From Paragordius varius (Eukaryota; Animalia; Nematomorpha): a stretch of DNA of 64,000 bases. Below the pieces are notes generated by a model that did no database searches, was not told the DNA's origin, and worked only from the letters and a program-made list of their open reading frames with translations. The stretch covers positions 5,580,001 through 5,644,000 of the forward strand of contig OZ176051.1 of assembly GCA_964247055.1 (NCBI GenBank), in the 5' to 3' direction. Shown here piece after piece: positions 1 to 13,300 of the stretch; within the stretch, counting starts at the first letter, position 1; each line of letters begins with the position of its first letter. The translations under genes and the position numbers were made by a program.

Positions 1-963
1 ACAAACTATGGTAAGATGATATAGGAATTTCTTGAATTAATAATTTGCATTTACGGCAATTGACTAATAAATATTCCAGACAATGGATGACAAAATTTAT
101 GATTCCATCAATATCTTTGAGGTGTTTTCTACAAAAAAAATTAATAAATATTAATAAATAAAAATTAAATTGATAAAAATTAAATTGATAAAAATCTCTT
201 GTTGACAGCATTGTTAAACCTTTTGGTTGTTTGTAACATTTTTCCAAACAATTTAATTTCGTCCACGCACACATCCAATTTGGCTTCTATGGTGTCACGC
301 AATTTTTCATTGTCCAGATAAGTACCAATCCAACTTATACTCTCATGAAAACTGGCAATATCCAAAGAGAATTCGGAAATTTTCTATATTTTATGAATAA
401 TATCATTATAAAGTGTAATTCACACGGAAAATTTAAATGGTTTTAAAGTTGATGATGAGGCGTTTAAAATATATAATCGAAATAAGCCTTAATAATTAAA
501 ATGTGCGACGTTTATTGTTATAAGTGTCTTGACTCGTTTTAAACAATCTAGTATATTAGATAAATGTAGTATAATAATAAAACACTATATTTTTCTTTAA
601 TATAATGGGGGTTTTCAATTTAGATTCGATTAAAGTAAGCCACCTAAGAAATGTCAAAAATTTTCGATTGATTAAACTCACCTAACTATCACATCATACA
701 AAATAAAATTGGGTCAACTAAAAAATTGGGAGGTAATCGCTACAAACAATTATAAATATACTTAAATTTGGCAAAACTCACAAACGAATATAATATCAGG
801 TGTTTTACTTTATTTTGATTATATGGCGTTTGATTCATGAAATCACCGACTCTGGGGTATTTTTGTTTTAAAATATACATATATGTGCTTGTAACAGACG
901 TGCATTTAACATTCAAGTTTTATGGTGAGGCAAACGCATGTAATCAGAAATTATAAATTATGT

Positions 964-994
<31 letters not shown>

Positions 995-3066
995 AAAATG
1001 TTAATATACGCGGGGACAGCTTTAAGACAATTAACAAAAACATTCAATCAAAAAACATCAAAGACACCAGAAATTTAATTGTCGGTCGAGAATGCACTAC
1101 GTTAAATTATATAAATTTTTGGCTACAAATACCTATTGGTCAATTATTTTTTGAAAATTATTATGTGTTTTAAGGGCTGAACACCATAAAACTCGACATA
1201 TTATTAGGATCAAATTTATAATAAAACCTCATAATGATTAAAAAGCTGTATAACAAAATATTTAAAAGTTTTATATTGACAAGAAAAATTTAATCTATAT
1301 ATATATATATTTATTAATGGCTTTGTGATCTGTTTCTGGAAAACCAGTAGACCCATTCAAATCCAAATATCGAAAAAATATAATTATTAATAAATGCCCC
1401 GACAATAGCGTCGCCCTTTTTTGAATAAGGCCCCCAGTTCGGGTCCACCCCGTGTAAAAAACGGGTTTTTTGAAAGCAGAAGTCCAAAAAATGGTGTCTT
1501 TGAGACAATTTTCGGACAACGTGTGGACCATTTAATTTCAAATATGATATTTGTTTTATTTTCGATTGCGCCGTCGGCTCGTTTTTTTAATTTAGACCCT
1601 CTTTTTACCCGCTCCCCCCGTAAAATGCCATTTTTTTCAAAAAACAAAGTCCACAAAAATAATTTTTTGAATCTATTTTTTGCCCAAGGTATAAGACCGG
1701 AAAAATTCAATAAGGCCACGTATTACCTTTTAAAAGGCAAAAATAAATTTTCGAGCTTTTCTTTGATGATAGCTGCTGAATAAGAAGCTACCCGCGAAAA
1801 ACTGGCTCGTAATACCGAAATAGCGTGCTTTTGGGGCTATTCAGAAAACAGGCCATATGAGTTCAATAGCTGCTTAAAGTATTAGCCGTTAAAAGGCAAA
1901 AATTTAAGTCGAGCGGTTTTTAAAATTAGCCGTTAATAAGGCCTTTAGGCCCTAAAAAATGAGCTATGATTAAACTATTATTTAGTTTCGAAGCCATTCT
2001 TCCTTTGAAGCCATATTTCAAAAAACTTATGAGACTATGGAAGTCAATAAGGGTCTAAAATATTTTACCCTTTAAAAACAAGTATTTTAGTATTGGGGTT
2101 ATTTCATAAGAAAAGTTCCCTGAAAAATTCGCCGCCATAGAACAATTTTTTTGGTTTTGAAGCAATATTTCCTAGAACTTATAGGAACATATGGACATTA
2201 CAATTCCAGATATTTTCCATATAAAGACAAAAATTTGCCCGACGCTTTTTATACCTGCCTCTGGATAAGAAGCTACCCGTTAAAAACTGTGCCATAGAAT
2301 TTAAAACTTATGCTATACGAGCTCATTTAAAGTTCGAAATATTATTCCCAACTAGGTGAAAAGTCAGGCGTTTTATTAGCCGTTAATTTGGGGCCATTAT
2401 GCCCTTAAAATACGGCATCATATAATGATTATTTAGTGTTGGGATGTTTCGAATAACCCATGAGACGATGGTCTCCAAGATATTCCAAATATTTTCCCTA
2501 TATAGGCAAAAAATTTAAAGCGCTTTTTCCATATAGGCCTATGGGTAGGTGTCCGGTTTAAAACAGAGACGCCATACAAAAATGGTATGGCTTTGGAGCT
2601 TGCACAAACATTAAGAAGCCATACGAGCTCATTAAAGACTTTAAAGATTACCCATAAAAAGATAAAAATTAAAGTATAGCGCTTTTTTCCGTTAGCCGTC
2701 AATTTGGGGCCTTTACACCAGGAAACAATAGTATGAATGCACCGTTTTGAAAAACTAATGAGATCATAGCTATTAATCGGGCTGCGTAGCAGCATGAGAT
2801 TTACGTTAGTTAATTACAAATAAATAACAATTCTTTAAATTTTATCGAGATAATATATAACTTTTTTATTTATATGAAATGGAATGGATAATGTTTTAGT
2901 ATAAAAATATAAAATTTTGAGGTATCGAATTTATATTAAAATGAAAATTGAACTAAATCATATATGTATAATAATTACCTTCAAATGATTTTCATGAATA
3001 GCACTCCCATTGGTTATGGAAAATTCATTTTGTAACATAGACACCTCACCTTTCATGTGGAGATTG
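1..3066 (-). CDS. Unidentified multi-exon protein-coding gene, running off the left edge (exons near 1-125, ~200-380, 2979-3066); weak resemblance to exocyst Sec6/EXOC3-type helical proteins
   Basis: Open frames bounded by AG/GT: NLHMKGEVSMLQNEFSITNGSAIHENHLK (2979-3066), ISEFSLDIASFHESISWIGTYLDNEKLRDTIEAKLDVCVDEIKLFGKMLQTTKRFNNA, and KHLKDIDGIINFVHCLEYLLVNCRKC. The family guess is by eye only; joining these exons into one gene and the 5' extent are uncertain. Confidence 0.4.
1294..2809 (+). mobile_element. Non-autonomous Helitron-like element (copy A)
   Basis: 5' A|TCTATATATAT; 3' hairpin GCTGC-GTA-GCAGC followed by TTAG|T; GC-richer interior with degenerate internal repeats; shares both ends and much of the interior with 6183-7099. 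Confidence 0.75.
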
Positions 3067-6000
3067 CTGTAAGAAAAGTGAAAAAGTTAAATTTGTTTGA
3101 AATGTATATGTATTATAGCAATTAAGCTAATTCATATTTGAGGACAGTTTTTCAATGATGAATTAAGGAACATTTTAATTAAATGTGCTTAGAATTAGGT
3201 ATATTTTTCTGTAAAAATGTGACATTTCAGTTAATATTAGGTGTAATCCCCACTGGCAAACATACACATCACTATAAAGAAATTAAGTTCAAAGCAAATT
3301 CATTTGAAAAATCTTTATTTCTAAATGAAAAATTTAATTTTTTACTTTATCTCTGTTAATTGAATTTCATAAAGTTTGAAATGCATTAAAAAATGTCATA
3401 TATAGTTATTAAGGATAATTAAATTATAATTATTTGTGCCGCTAAAATTAGACGTTTAGACTCTTTGTAATGCTTTGTGATAGAGAAATTTGTGCAACAC
3501 ATATATCCTTTCTGTTTTCATCAAATTGTGTGTTACAAAAAAAAATTGTTAATATCATGAAACCTTACAAAAATATAATTACATAATTGCATTAATATAC
3601 GCGTATGATAACAACGAAAACCGTTGTGAAAGTTATAAAGATTGGTATGTTTAAAATAATCTGAAAAAGTTAAAAAAATAGAAAAAGTATAAATTTTACG
3701 TTTAAATATCTCAAGATATCAATACTTTATTACTGTTTTGCGGTAATTGTACCCACAAATACTCATTATAAGTTTTTGGCCGTCAAATTTTTTTTAAATT
3801 TTTTGTTAGATCGTCAAAAAATAACATAAAGATCCGGTTAAAAAATTGTTAACATGAGATTTTAGGATTTGTTTGTTTAAAAGGGATTTGGGTACAACTT
3901 GAAAATTAATTATTAAATTATTTATACGAAAGGATATGATAAAAATTCGAGCTTGATTTATTTTAGAAAAAGTGTTTTTCATGTATATTTCAGTCTTTTA
4001 TCCGTTTATACTTTAAAACTATATTCCACCTCTTAAAAATATTCATTAAATTAAAACAAAGTATGCTTTTTTTAAAATTTTATGCCATAATAAAGCACAT
4101 ATTAAGGTTCGGATTGCGTATCGGGCATTTGTTCATTAAAGAATTTAAAAATTTGATACTATCTGAGTCTACATCTAATATTTAAAATTTATTAAAATTT
4201 TGTTTACCTTTTTTATAGTTCATGATTATTTGCATAATGTGTGCTAATTTTGCGATTATATAGTTATTACCACACATCTGAAAAACGTAAATGACTCATA
4301 GGCAGCAAATTAATATTATCTGATATATTTAATTGAAATATCCTCAGAATATTTTTTAATTGCACTATAATTTAGTATATTGAACATATATGTACACTCT
4401 ATAGATAGATAAATAAAAAATCCCTAAAATTTCAAGAAGTTTATCATATAAGAATATATAAATATTATGCAAATATAGTTAAAATTATACTACTTTATGG
4501 AATCAAAGAATTATGTTTTAGTGATATCAAAAAACTTAAATTTAGTCGTGTGTCTGTATCCTACACCTTCATATGTTTAGCTTTAACTTCGGCTAAAACG
4601 TAGGACTAAGTTAAAACAAATTCATAAATAATTTAGTATGCAGTAAAAAAACATTTTTATTTAATACAAAATGTTGGACCTTGTATATTAAAGTTTTACA
4701 ATGCATAATAAACTTGAATTTTGTGGATGTAATACATACTTTACCTAGGAATTCAAGATAGGCGATATTGTTTCATGCATAGTCCCTGTTTTAATTTTAA
4801 AAGCTTCTTCGTACGATCAAAGAATAATAATTCAGTAAAACAAAATAGATAATAAATAAGAAATGTAGATATTTTTACTAAAAATTTGTCATTTTGGGGT
4901 AGTATGTTTTATCTCAAATCATATAAATTTGAAAATAAACGTTTTTACTAATTAAAATGCGAGATAAAATAACGGTAAAATGTATGCATATAAATGTATT
5001 GATTTACAGCAAATAATTTCTACACCTGTATGATAATGAAATAAAAGATGAAGTAGGAGATCTAACTCCGAAATCATTTTTTATTTACCATTTACTATAT
5101 CACTTTACACTTTTTATTGCTATTTTTATCGATTATTTATTATATTGAGAATTTTATTTATTAATGTATTCTGCTATATATTAGCGTAGGATATAATTAA
5201 GTATGCACTGAAAACCAGGGCCTAGTTAAGCCAAACTATTGTCTATTATTGTATTTAAAGTAAAACCTTTTATACATTTAATAATGAAAATAATTAAATA
5301 TTTGTCATGCAATATATTTTAATTTTTAAACCTATATACATATCAATAATTAAAAAGTCCTATTTTCGCTTTCTACGGTAAGAGATTCTAAAAAAATTGT
5401 ATAAAAACACCAGCCATTTCAATTATAAACTGTGGTTATATAATCTGATATAAAGGGTAAGTATCTATATAATGCCAGGAATTACAACAATTTTACGACG
5501 ATTTTTTTCGTATTTTTGCTAGGGTAATCATATCTAGTGTTGTAAATCTGTAACGGCACAGGAGCTACGGTTGGATTAAGCATGGTTAAGTTTAGATTAT
5601 TCGATTGGGTCAAGGTTTGCAAATATAATTTTAACCAATGACCAGCACGATTTGAACCGTGGACATGGCGATTAAATCGTAGAATCGAAAATGATAAATA
5701 TTATCGAGATAATCATATAATAGAGAATTATATTTATTAGTGTGAAGGTCATGCGGTTTTACTAGTCATATTGGTAAATATATAAAAATCGTTGATGTTA
5801 GGCACATTACTCGGTTCCCAAAAATAAATGTTAAAAAATCATCTATAATTCGTTAGTTAAGAGCTTCAGGAAATGAATATTGAAATCATAAATTTGAGTA
5901 AAATTTTAGAATAAGGTTATATTAATACTTAAGTTATTAGCCAAAATTAAAAAAACGTAATTAGGTCATAACAAATTAAGTATAGTGGAGGGAAAACTCG

Positions 6001-6182
6001 AGTTAATTTATTTTTTAATAATTATCATAAATCCTAAAACGCAAAATATTATCAATAAAACATTTTTTCAGAGTCTTTGAAGGACATACAGGAATCAAAA
6101 ATAAAAAATCGTCTTTTGGCGTCAATTTGAATTATTTAACTTGATTTTGTGCGTAAAAGATTTAAATTACATTAATATATAA

Positions 6183-7099
6183 TCTATATATTTATAAAAT
6201 GGAAAATGCTGGCTTTGTGATCTGGTACAGGAAAACCGGTAGACCCAATCAAATCCAAATATCGAAAAAATATAATCATTAATAAATGTCCCGACAATAG
6301 CTTCGCCCTTTTTTTGAAATAGGCCCCCAGTTCGGGCCCACCCCGTATGAAAAACGGGTTTTTTTAAAAAACAGAAGTCCACAAAAATAATTTTTTAAAT
6401 CGATTTTTCGCCCTAGGTATGAGACCGTAAAAATTCTATATGGATTCCACGTATTCCCTGTTAAAAGGCAAAAATTTTAGTCTACCGTTTATTTGATGAT
6501 AGCTGCTGGGTAAGGAGCTACCCGCTAAAAACTGATTTTTCATATAACTTTGTGATCTGTTTCCGGAAAACCGGTGAACCCAATCAAATCCAAACATCGA
6601 AAAAATTTAATCATTAATGAATGTCCCGACAATAGCTTCGCCCTTTTTTGGAATTAGGTCCCCAGTTTGGGCCCACCCCGTGTGAAAAATGGGTTAAGTC
6701 AATTTTTTGGAGAACGTGTTGGACCATTCAATTTCAAATATGATTTTTGTTTACTTATTTTTGATCGCGCTGAACACAGTCGACTCACTTTTTTGATTTA
6801 GGCCCTCTTTTTACCTGCTACCCCCGTAAAATGCCATTTTTTTCAAAAAAAAACAAAGTCCACAAAAATATTTTTTTGATTGTATTTTTTTGCCCATGGT
6901 ATGAGACTGTAAAAATTCGAGAAAGATTTTTCGTATTGCCTGTTAAAAGGCAAAAATTTTAGTCAAGCGTTTCCTTCATGATAGATGCTGAGTAAGGAGT
7001 ATCTATCATATGTATAGCATTCGAACTCCCCCCCCCCCCCCCCCCCCAGAAGTCCGAAGGACTTCCTCGGGCTGCGTAGCAGCACGAGATTCACGCTAG
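6183..7099 (+). mobile_element. Non-autonomous Helitron-like element (copy B)
   Basis: 5' A|TCTATATATTTATAAAATG; 3' CTCGGGCTGCGTAGCAGCACGAG hairpin then CTAG|T; extra perfect hairpin GAAGTCC-GAA-GGACTTC (7049-7065) after a C20 run; internal duplication (~6210-6400 vs ~6545-6700). Confidence 0.8.
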
Positions 7100-7348
7100 T
7101 TTACTATATATATGGAGCTTACTCAATATATTACGTTCAAAAAATGATTTAAGCCTTATATAAAAAAATAATTTTTTTTAATTTGCACCAAAGCGGAAGT
7201 AACGTAAAATCTTTACGAATCATCCATCAACTAACAATACAATTCGAGGAAAAACGTTCTATCCACTCAGTTTTTTGATTAAGGGGGTTTTTATGTACCA
7301 AGGCCGAGATCAATAGCAAAGAAATATTCAATCACTTTATCGTATATA

Positions 7349-10300
7349 TTATTTATTTTGAGTAAATTTATCAGTTCTTACAAGCAATTTATATATGACA
7401 AATGCTAAAAATTTATCTAAATGATCCATAGCTCCGCGCTGTATCCATTTAGGAATGGTTAAACGTGCATGATTAAAACCCAATTTTTGAAGTATAAAAT
7501 CTACGCCATACGCTTCTAATTGCTGCCCTTTCCATGAAATTATTCTAATAATAAACATAAATAATAATTTAGAAAACAAAAAAAAATATTTATGTAAGAG
7601 AACCAATATATTATAATTAATGTGGTGAATTGCGAAAAAACGGTATATAACTCATTAATAAAATTATATTAATGGTAATCCATGACAAAACTAAACGATT
7701 ATAGAGCGATTTTTTGGGTAATCTAAAATTTCACTTCTTTAATATGACGCAAAAAACACGTGTTAAGGGGCCAAAACAAATGGCCTGGCCTCGATATTTT
7801 CATTTTTTGTAAGTTTTAATTCCAATTTAGAAAATTCTTTATGTAAATTATCATAAAAATTTCCTCATTGTTTTTATTTTTCAAAAAAAACTGTTGCAAA
7901 CCTTATTAAAAATTATTGCAGCCCAAATGCGGGCTGTGGGTTAGGTTAAAAATATAAAAACCCAAATTTAGTTAACTAAATATTTTTTACAATGGTGTCC
8001 ATTAAACTATTTACCGTGTTATTTATTTCAGTAAAGAATATCACACATACTTTATCGCAATAAATGTGAATTATAATCCGGAATCTGATTGTGTCAAAAT
8101 AATTTCATGTAACATAAACTTTACGTATAAATTATTAATAAAATATACTGAGATTTTTTAACCCATCAATGGGCGTTTTATTTTAAACTTATACATTTAG
8201 TTAGGTTTCCTTAAAAGATCAAATTTTATACATTAAGAACGATCAAGTTATTCCCTAAATTATTGAAACAAAATTGGATTTTATAAAATCAATTGTAGGT
8301 TTTAAAAATTGGTTTAAATATAGGTCAATAATATGTATCCTTTTATTAAATTTAAAACAAAAATTTTATGATGTCTCTTATTTCAAAGAAATTAATTCCA
8401 CCTTAAAGTTGGTTCAAGTTTCCACGTACGACATGTAAACGATCTAAAATCATCGTGAACTTGCTTTATATTTTCTGTGGCGTAGGAAACCGGACTTGAT
8501 GTTAGTTTTTGTCCTATGTATAAAATTAAATTGATTAAGTAAGCGATATAATTTTATTCAATTTGTATATAAACGATTTAGAAAAGAGAAAAAAAACCAA
8601 AATTTTTTGAGCTATAAGATATGATTAAATCATGTAGAAAAGCCAGCAATTCTGCATCTACAGACACAAGGATATGACTATCGAAATCGGATAAAAAGTC
8701 ATAATGGACTTGAAAATTGGTGATTGATTTATTTTCATCTATTTATCATTCAATAATAAATAAAGGAATTAGATTTTCTATCAAACAGTATCCATTTTAA
8801 TGGTTGGTTATTTCACACAATTGGGTAATTCGCAATCCAGTAGTGTATGGAATAAACAACAAAATATTTAATAAATAATTTTTTCCTTTCTTTTTTCCAT
8901 AGAATACTGTGTTGCAGCCCTACTATAGTGTGAAATCAATCATAAAATTATTATATAATATATTTTTTATGCGTTATTGAAATATAATATCAAATTTAAA
9001 GAGAAAGCATTTAAAGTAAAAGGCTAACATTTTTTAGAACATATTTTATAAATAATGATTATCCATAAAATTATCGTTTTGGATTGCGAAACAAGCAAAA
9101 AAGGAATGTTGTTGTAATTATTTATTTCACAATTGATGATAATAATAATATAGGATATGTGGGAAAATATGGGAGGAAAAACATGATACTAAAATTTATC
9201 CTTTACTTTCTATGTTTTGTAATTATAGTTTTTAAATTATTACCAGTTAAAGAAGTAATATCGATCAAATGCTCAGTTCGTAAGCTTAATTGCAATTTTG
9301 GTAAAGAAAATATGGTGTCTGATGACATATTCCGGAATTCTTTGGCACCTATTGTTTTGATTCCCGTGGTAGGAAGAAAATTATCCACATCTAAAAACAT
9401 AATAAAAAACAGTTAAAGGTGCTCCTAAGAAATAAACTTACAATATTATAGGTTAATGATAAAAAAGAGACATGTTACTGAAAGAAATTTATATAACTGC
9501 TAGTTGAATATAAATAGGTTTTCGACAGATTAAAATTAATAAATGAAATGTTTAACCATCTATGGAGCTTTTAAAGAATGCATAATTGCACCATTCCTGG
9601 ATCGAGGATGACTTGGGTGGAACGTAATTACCGCGTGTAATTTTCATAATTACGGCCATTTCACTACATACCTAAGTCATTAAACAAAAATTAACGTACT
9701 TTCTTATTTTGTTAAATTTATTACAAAGTTTTGTGATAGTTTCCTTATCAAGATATCATTTATATTAAAACCAATGATCGGATAAGACTTACATATTTAT
9801 TGGGTTCAGAATCTTCTCGCCCAAGTTGAAACACAAAATTTTGATCTATATCAAGCTCGGGTAGCATAGCTAACAAATATAATTATAAATTAACCAATAT
9901 TTTACAATTAACAACAAATATGATGTATATATATTCTAATAAAATATACCCATAATTTCTGTATTTATGATTAAACTATTAGCATTATTTTCCGAAGCGG
10001 AACTATTATTCACCGCACTTTTGTTTGCTACTACACATGTCGTTTGAAAATTTGGTCCAGAGTTAACGGAGGTAAACACTGCATTTATTTGTCTCATACT
10101 GAAGATTGCCCACGTTTTGGAACGGAAATTTATACCATAGAAACAAGCAAGAGATAGGTGATTCCCTTGAAACGAATAAGAACCACCAAGCATCAATGGA
10201 ACTTTTTTGTCTGAACTCGAAAATCTAACCTATATATATACATATATATATAGTTTCTCATCATAAAAATTTTTTAAACGGTAATGAAGTACATAATCAT

Positions 10301-13300
10301 GGTATACTAAAAAAACAAAATAGTTTCAAGTCAAATAACGAGCAATAAGTGTTAATAAGCTCAAAATTTGTAACAATTATCATATTAACGAAAGATGTAC
10401 ACGCATTAAGTGCAAATATTGTTATTTAGGCTTAATCTGGGTAATTTTAAGTAAAATTTTCAAAGAAAAAATGTCTACTGAATATCTAAAATCATTATAC
10501 CCTTTTTTGAAACAGTTTTCTAATTTTAAGCCAATAACCATATTGTGAAGCGAATAACGGTGATATAGTAATATCGGATATATCATTGCCTAATCATAAT
10601 AAAAATATTATATAGAAAATCATGCTATATTTTAAATAACTTATGGAAAAAAACAAATATCCAGACCCACCTAATAGGTTTCCAATAGCATTTCGACGAT
10701 TTATATTGATAGGAAGCGAATTTATACTAGTGTCGTTTGTTAAAGGAACAGTATTCTAAAATAAAATAAATACCATATAATCTATTTTATAAAGATTATT
10801 ATTTTATATAAAAAAACTACCGTTTTGAAAACTGAAGCCTTTGATACATAGATGTGAGGCAACATAGATAACCCACTTTGGAACTGCTGTTGAAAAAATT
10901 CCCGTATTTTTGACACCATTTTAATTAAATCATTTTGCGTAGATTGACAAATAAGGAGTTGGAAATGATCCCATTTAAGTGTAGTGTGAAACCGAATAGT
11001 TGAAAATCTAAAAAAAATCGCAGTGTGACAAAGATAGGTTAAAAATTGGTTGGGTATCTAAAATCTTGATGTAAAATGGTAGTATTTTAGGAATAAGGCT
11101 CAAAAACCTGATTATAGACCACGGAGATGAGTTTAATAATAAAAAATTTTACAGGCTTCCGTCACAAAAATTTATAATATTTTTTTATTTTCAATACTTA
11201 CATGCAAGACTGATTAGGTAGAGCCTGGCTTTCGATATCATCGGTAACGTGTGATTTTAGTTGTGAGACACGAGCTATAATTACAGTGTTTCCCATATAA
11301 TCCATACGAAGTTGGAGTGCATGTAGTAAAGCGTTCATAACCCGATTAGTTAAATGAGTTTGTGGTTCATAACAATAAATATGGCCTAAGTAACAAAATT
11401 ATTTATTGCTATTAAGGGTGTAATTTGTGCATAGAGCAAGAAATCGAATGTATTTAAGTATGTACGAAATTTTGTACATTTAATTTTAGCAAAAAGTGAG
11501 CGAATTGTTAATACAAATACAGTATGCACTTTTATGCCAGTTTTTTCTCATCATAACTGGTCAATAGGCATCACAGTAGTGTATGGGAAAAAGGACAAAA
11601 TGTTGACGCTAAAAACATTTTTTGCCTATCTTAAATTACTTTGATTAATTCATAACATCTATTGTATATTACAAATTGACCAACAATATGTGAACAGCCC
11701 GCCGAAAAATAGATAAAAAGAATACAAATAAATACAATCGATTAAAATTCAAAAATTATCTTAATATGAGTAAACCAAAAGGTGCATGCTGTATTTTTTT
11801 TTGATAGCCCTGTTGTTCTTGTTACTGTTTTATACAGTAAAACAAAAGATGAATAGTTGAATATAAATCTATGATTAAAATATAAAAAAATAATTTATTA
11901 TATAGAGGTAAGTTAAGAAAGCAGACGAGAAAGCTTTGGTATATATGGGTGGTAGTGTATTGTGGTCATAGAATAAAATAATTAATGGTTTTTTTTTCGT
12001 AAATCTTGCATGCTTTATTCATTATTTATTAGTAATTAATGACCTATTATTTTAGGTATTTGTTATTATTGATGTAGTTTTCCGGGGATATCCATATAAA
12101 TAATTTAGTTTAATTTTAAATTACAAACTAATCACTAGTTTTTTCGACCGAAAGTATTTTTTTGACAAAAATATAAATTAATGTATACCATCTTGGTAAA
12201 AATTGACGACCTCAAGATCACCACCAACGATTCCACTTTTGGCGTCAAAAGTTGAATTTCCTAATCGGAACAAGAATTTGATGTCTCGAGCCTGATTTGA
12301 GTTAAGGTAACATCGCGATGAGAATCCCCAATTTTTTGAGTCCCATCTAAAGATATATTTAATCCCGTAAAATTTGTGAAGAAATCGTAAGGAAAGTTTT
12401 TAATAAGGTTAAAAATACAAAAAAATTGATTTAAATTAAATAATTACTGTATATTCCCCATCACATTCCCCATATTCATATGTATACCAACTTTTTCGAT
12501 CTGCACCCCAAATATTAAAAGTGATTCCCAAATGATAGGACCTTTATTTGAATTTAAGTTAGGCCCCTGATCTAAAATAATTATTGATGTGAAGTTCAAA
12601 TCAAAATAAAATTATAAAAATTGATTTTATGTGAAATACCATTTGTTATAGGTTCATTTTGTTGTTTAGATTTTTTGATGGGCTCTGTAGGCAAAGAGTT
12701 TGGCTCAGTATAATCCTTGTATTGTCCAGCTATACATGTTATATATAAATTAAAAATCTTTATGATTTGCAATTTTTTAAGCATAAAAATCATTATTAAT
12801 ACCATGTTCCCCCAACAATAACCGTTTGGCTATTGATTTCCTATACCAAGCTTTGGGGAATACAAGTATTTCACCCAATCGACGCATATCATACCTGAAT
12901 GACGCAAAACCAAAATTGCAAAGCCCTATCACATAATGTACATAAATATTAATATTTACAGAAATAAACACAAATTATAAAACTATATTACCCATTAATT
13001 TATTAAATTTATATATTTAGCTGAATTATAAAGTTAAACCTGAAACATAGATGATATATTTTTGATTATTCATTTTATTAAAGCGTGTTTTCCGTTTATC
13101 CTTGACGTCAAAATCTTTGGTATGGCACGGCTTTATTTCTTCAACATATCTTTTACGACATACATTTACCTACAACAAAATAATGTTAAAATGTAAGGGT
13201 AATCATACCAAAATGTAATCCAACTCAAGGCTCAAAAACTTTTTGCGCATAGGCATCTTTTCTCCACCTATTATAAAATAAATATAAGAAAATCAATTTC

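Noticed and set aside
922-1173. 83-aa plus-strand ORF
   Set aside because: Runs through a (TA)n tract (YIYIYI) and has no homology signal.
1295-2795. Several overlapping 75-120 aa ORFs on both strands
   Set aside because: They lie within a GC-richer Helitron, show no recognisable domain, and are not conserved in frame in copy B.
5635-5700. tRNA/SINE-like B box on the minus strand (CACGGTTCAAATCGTG)
   Set aside because: No A box, D arm or acceptor stem; at most a decayed fragment.
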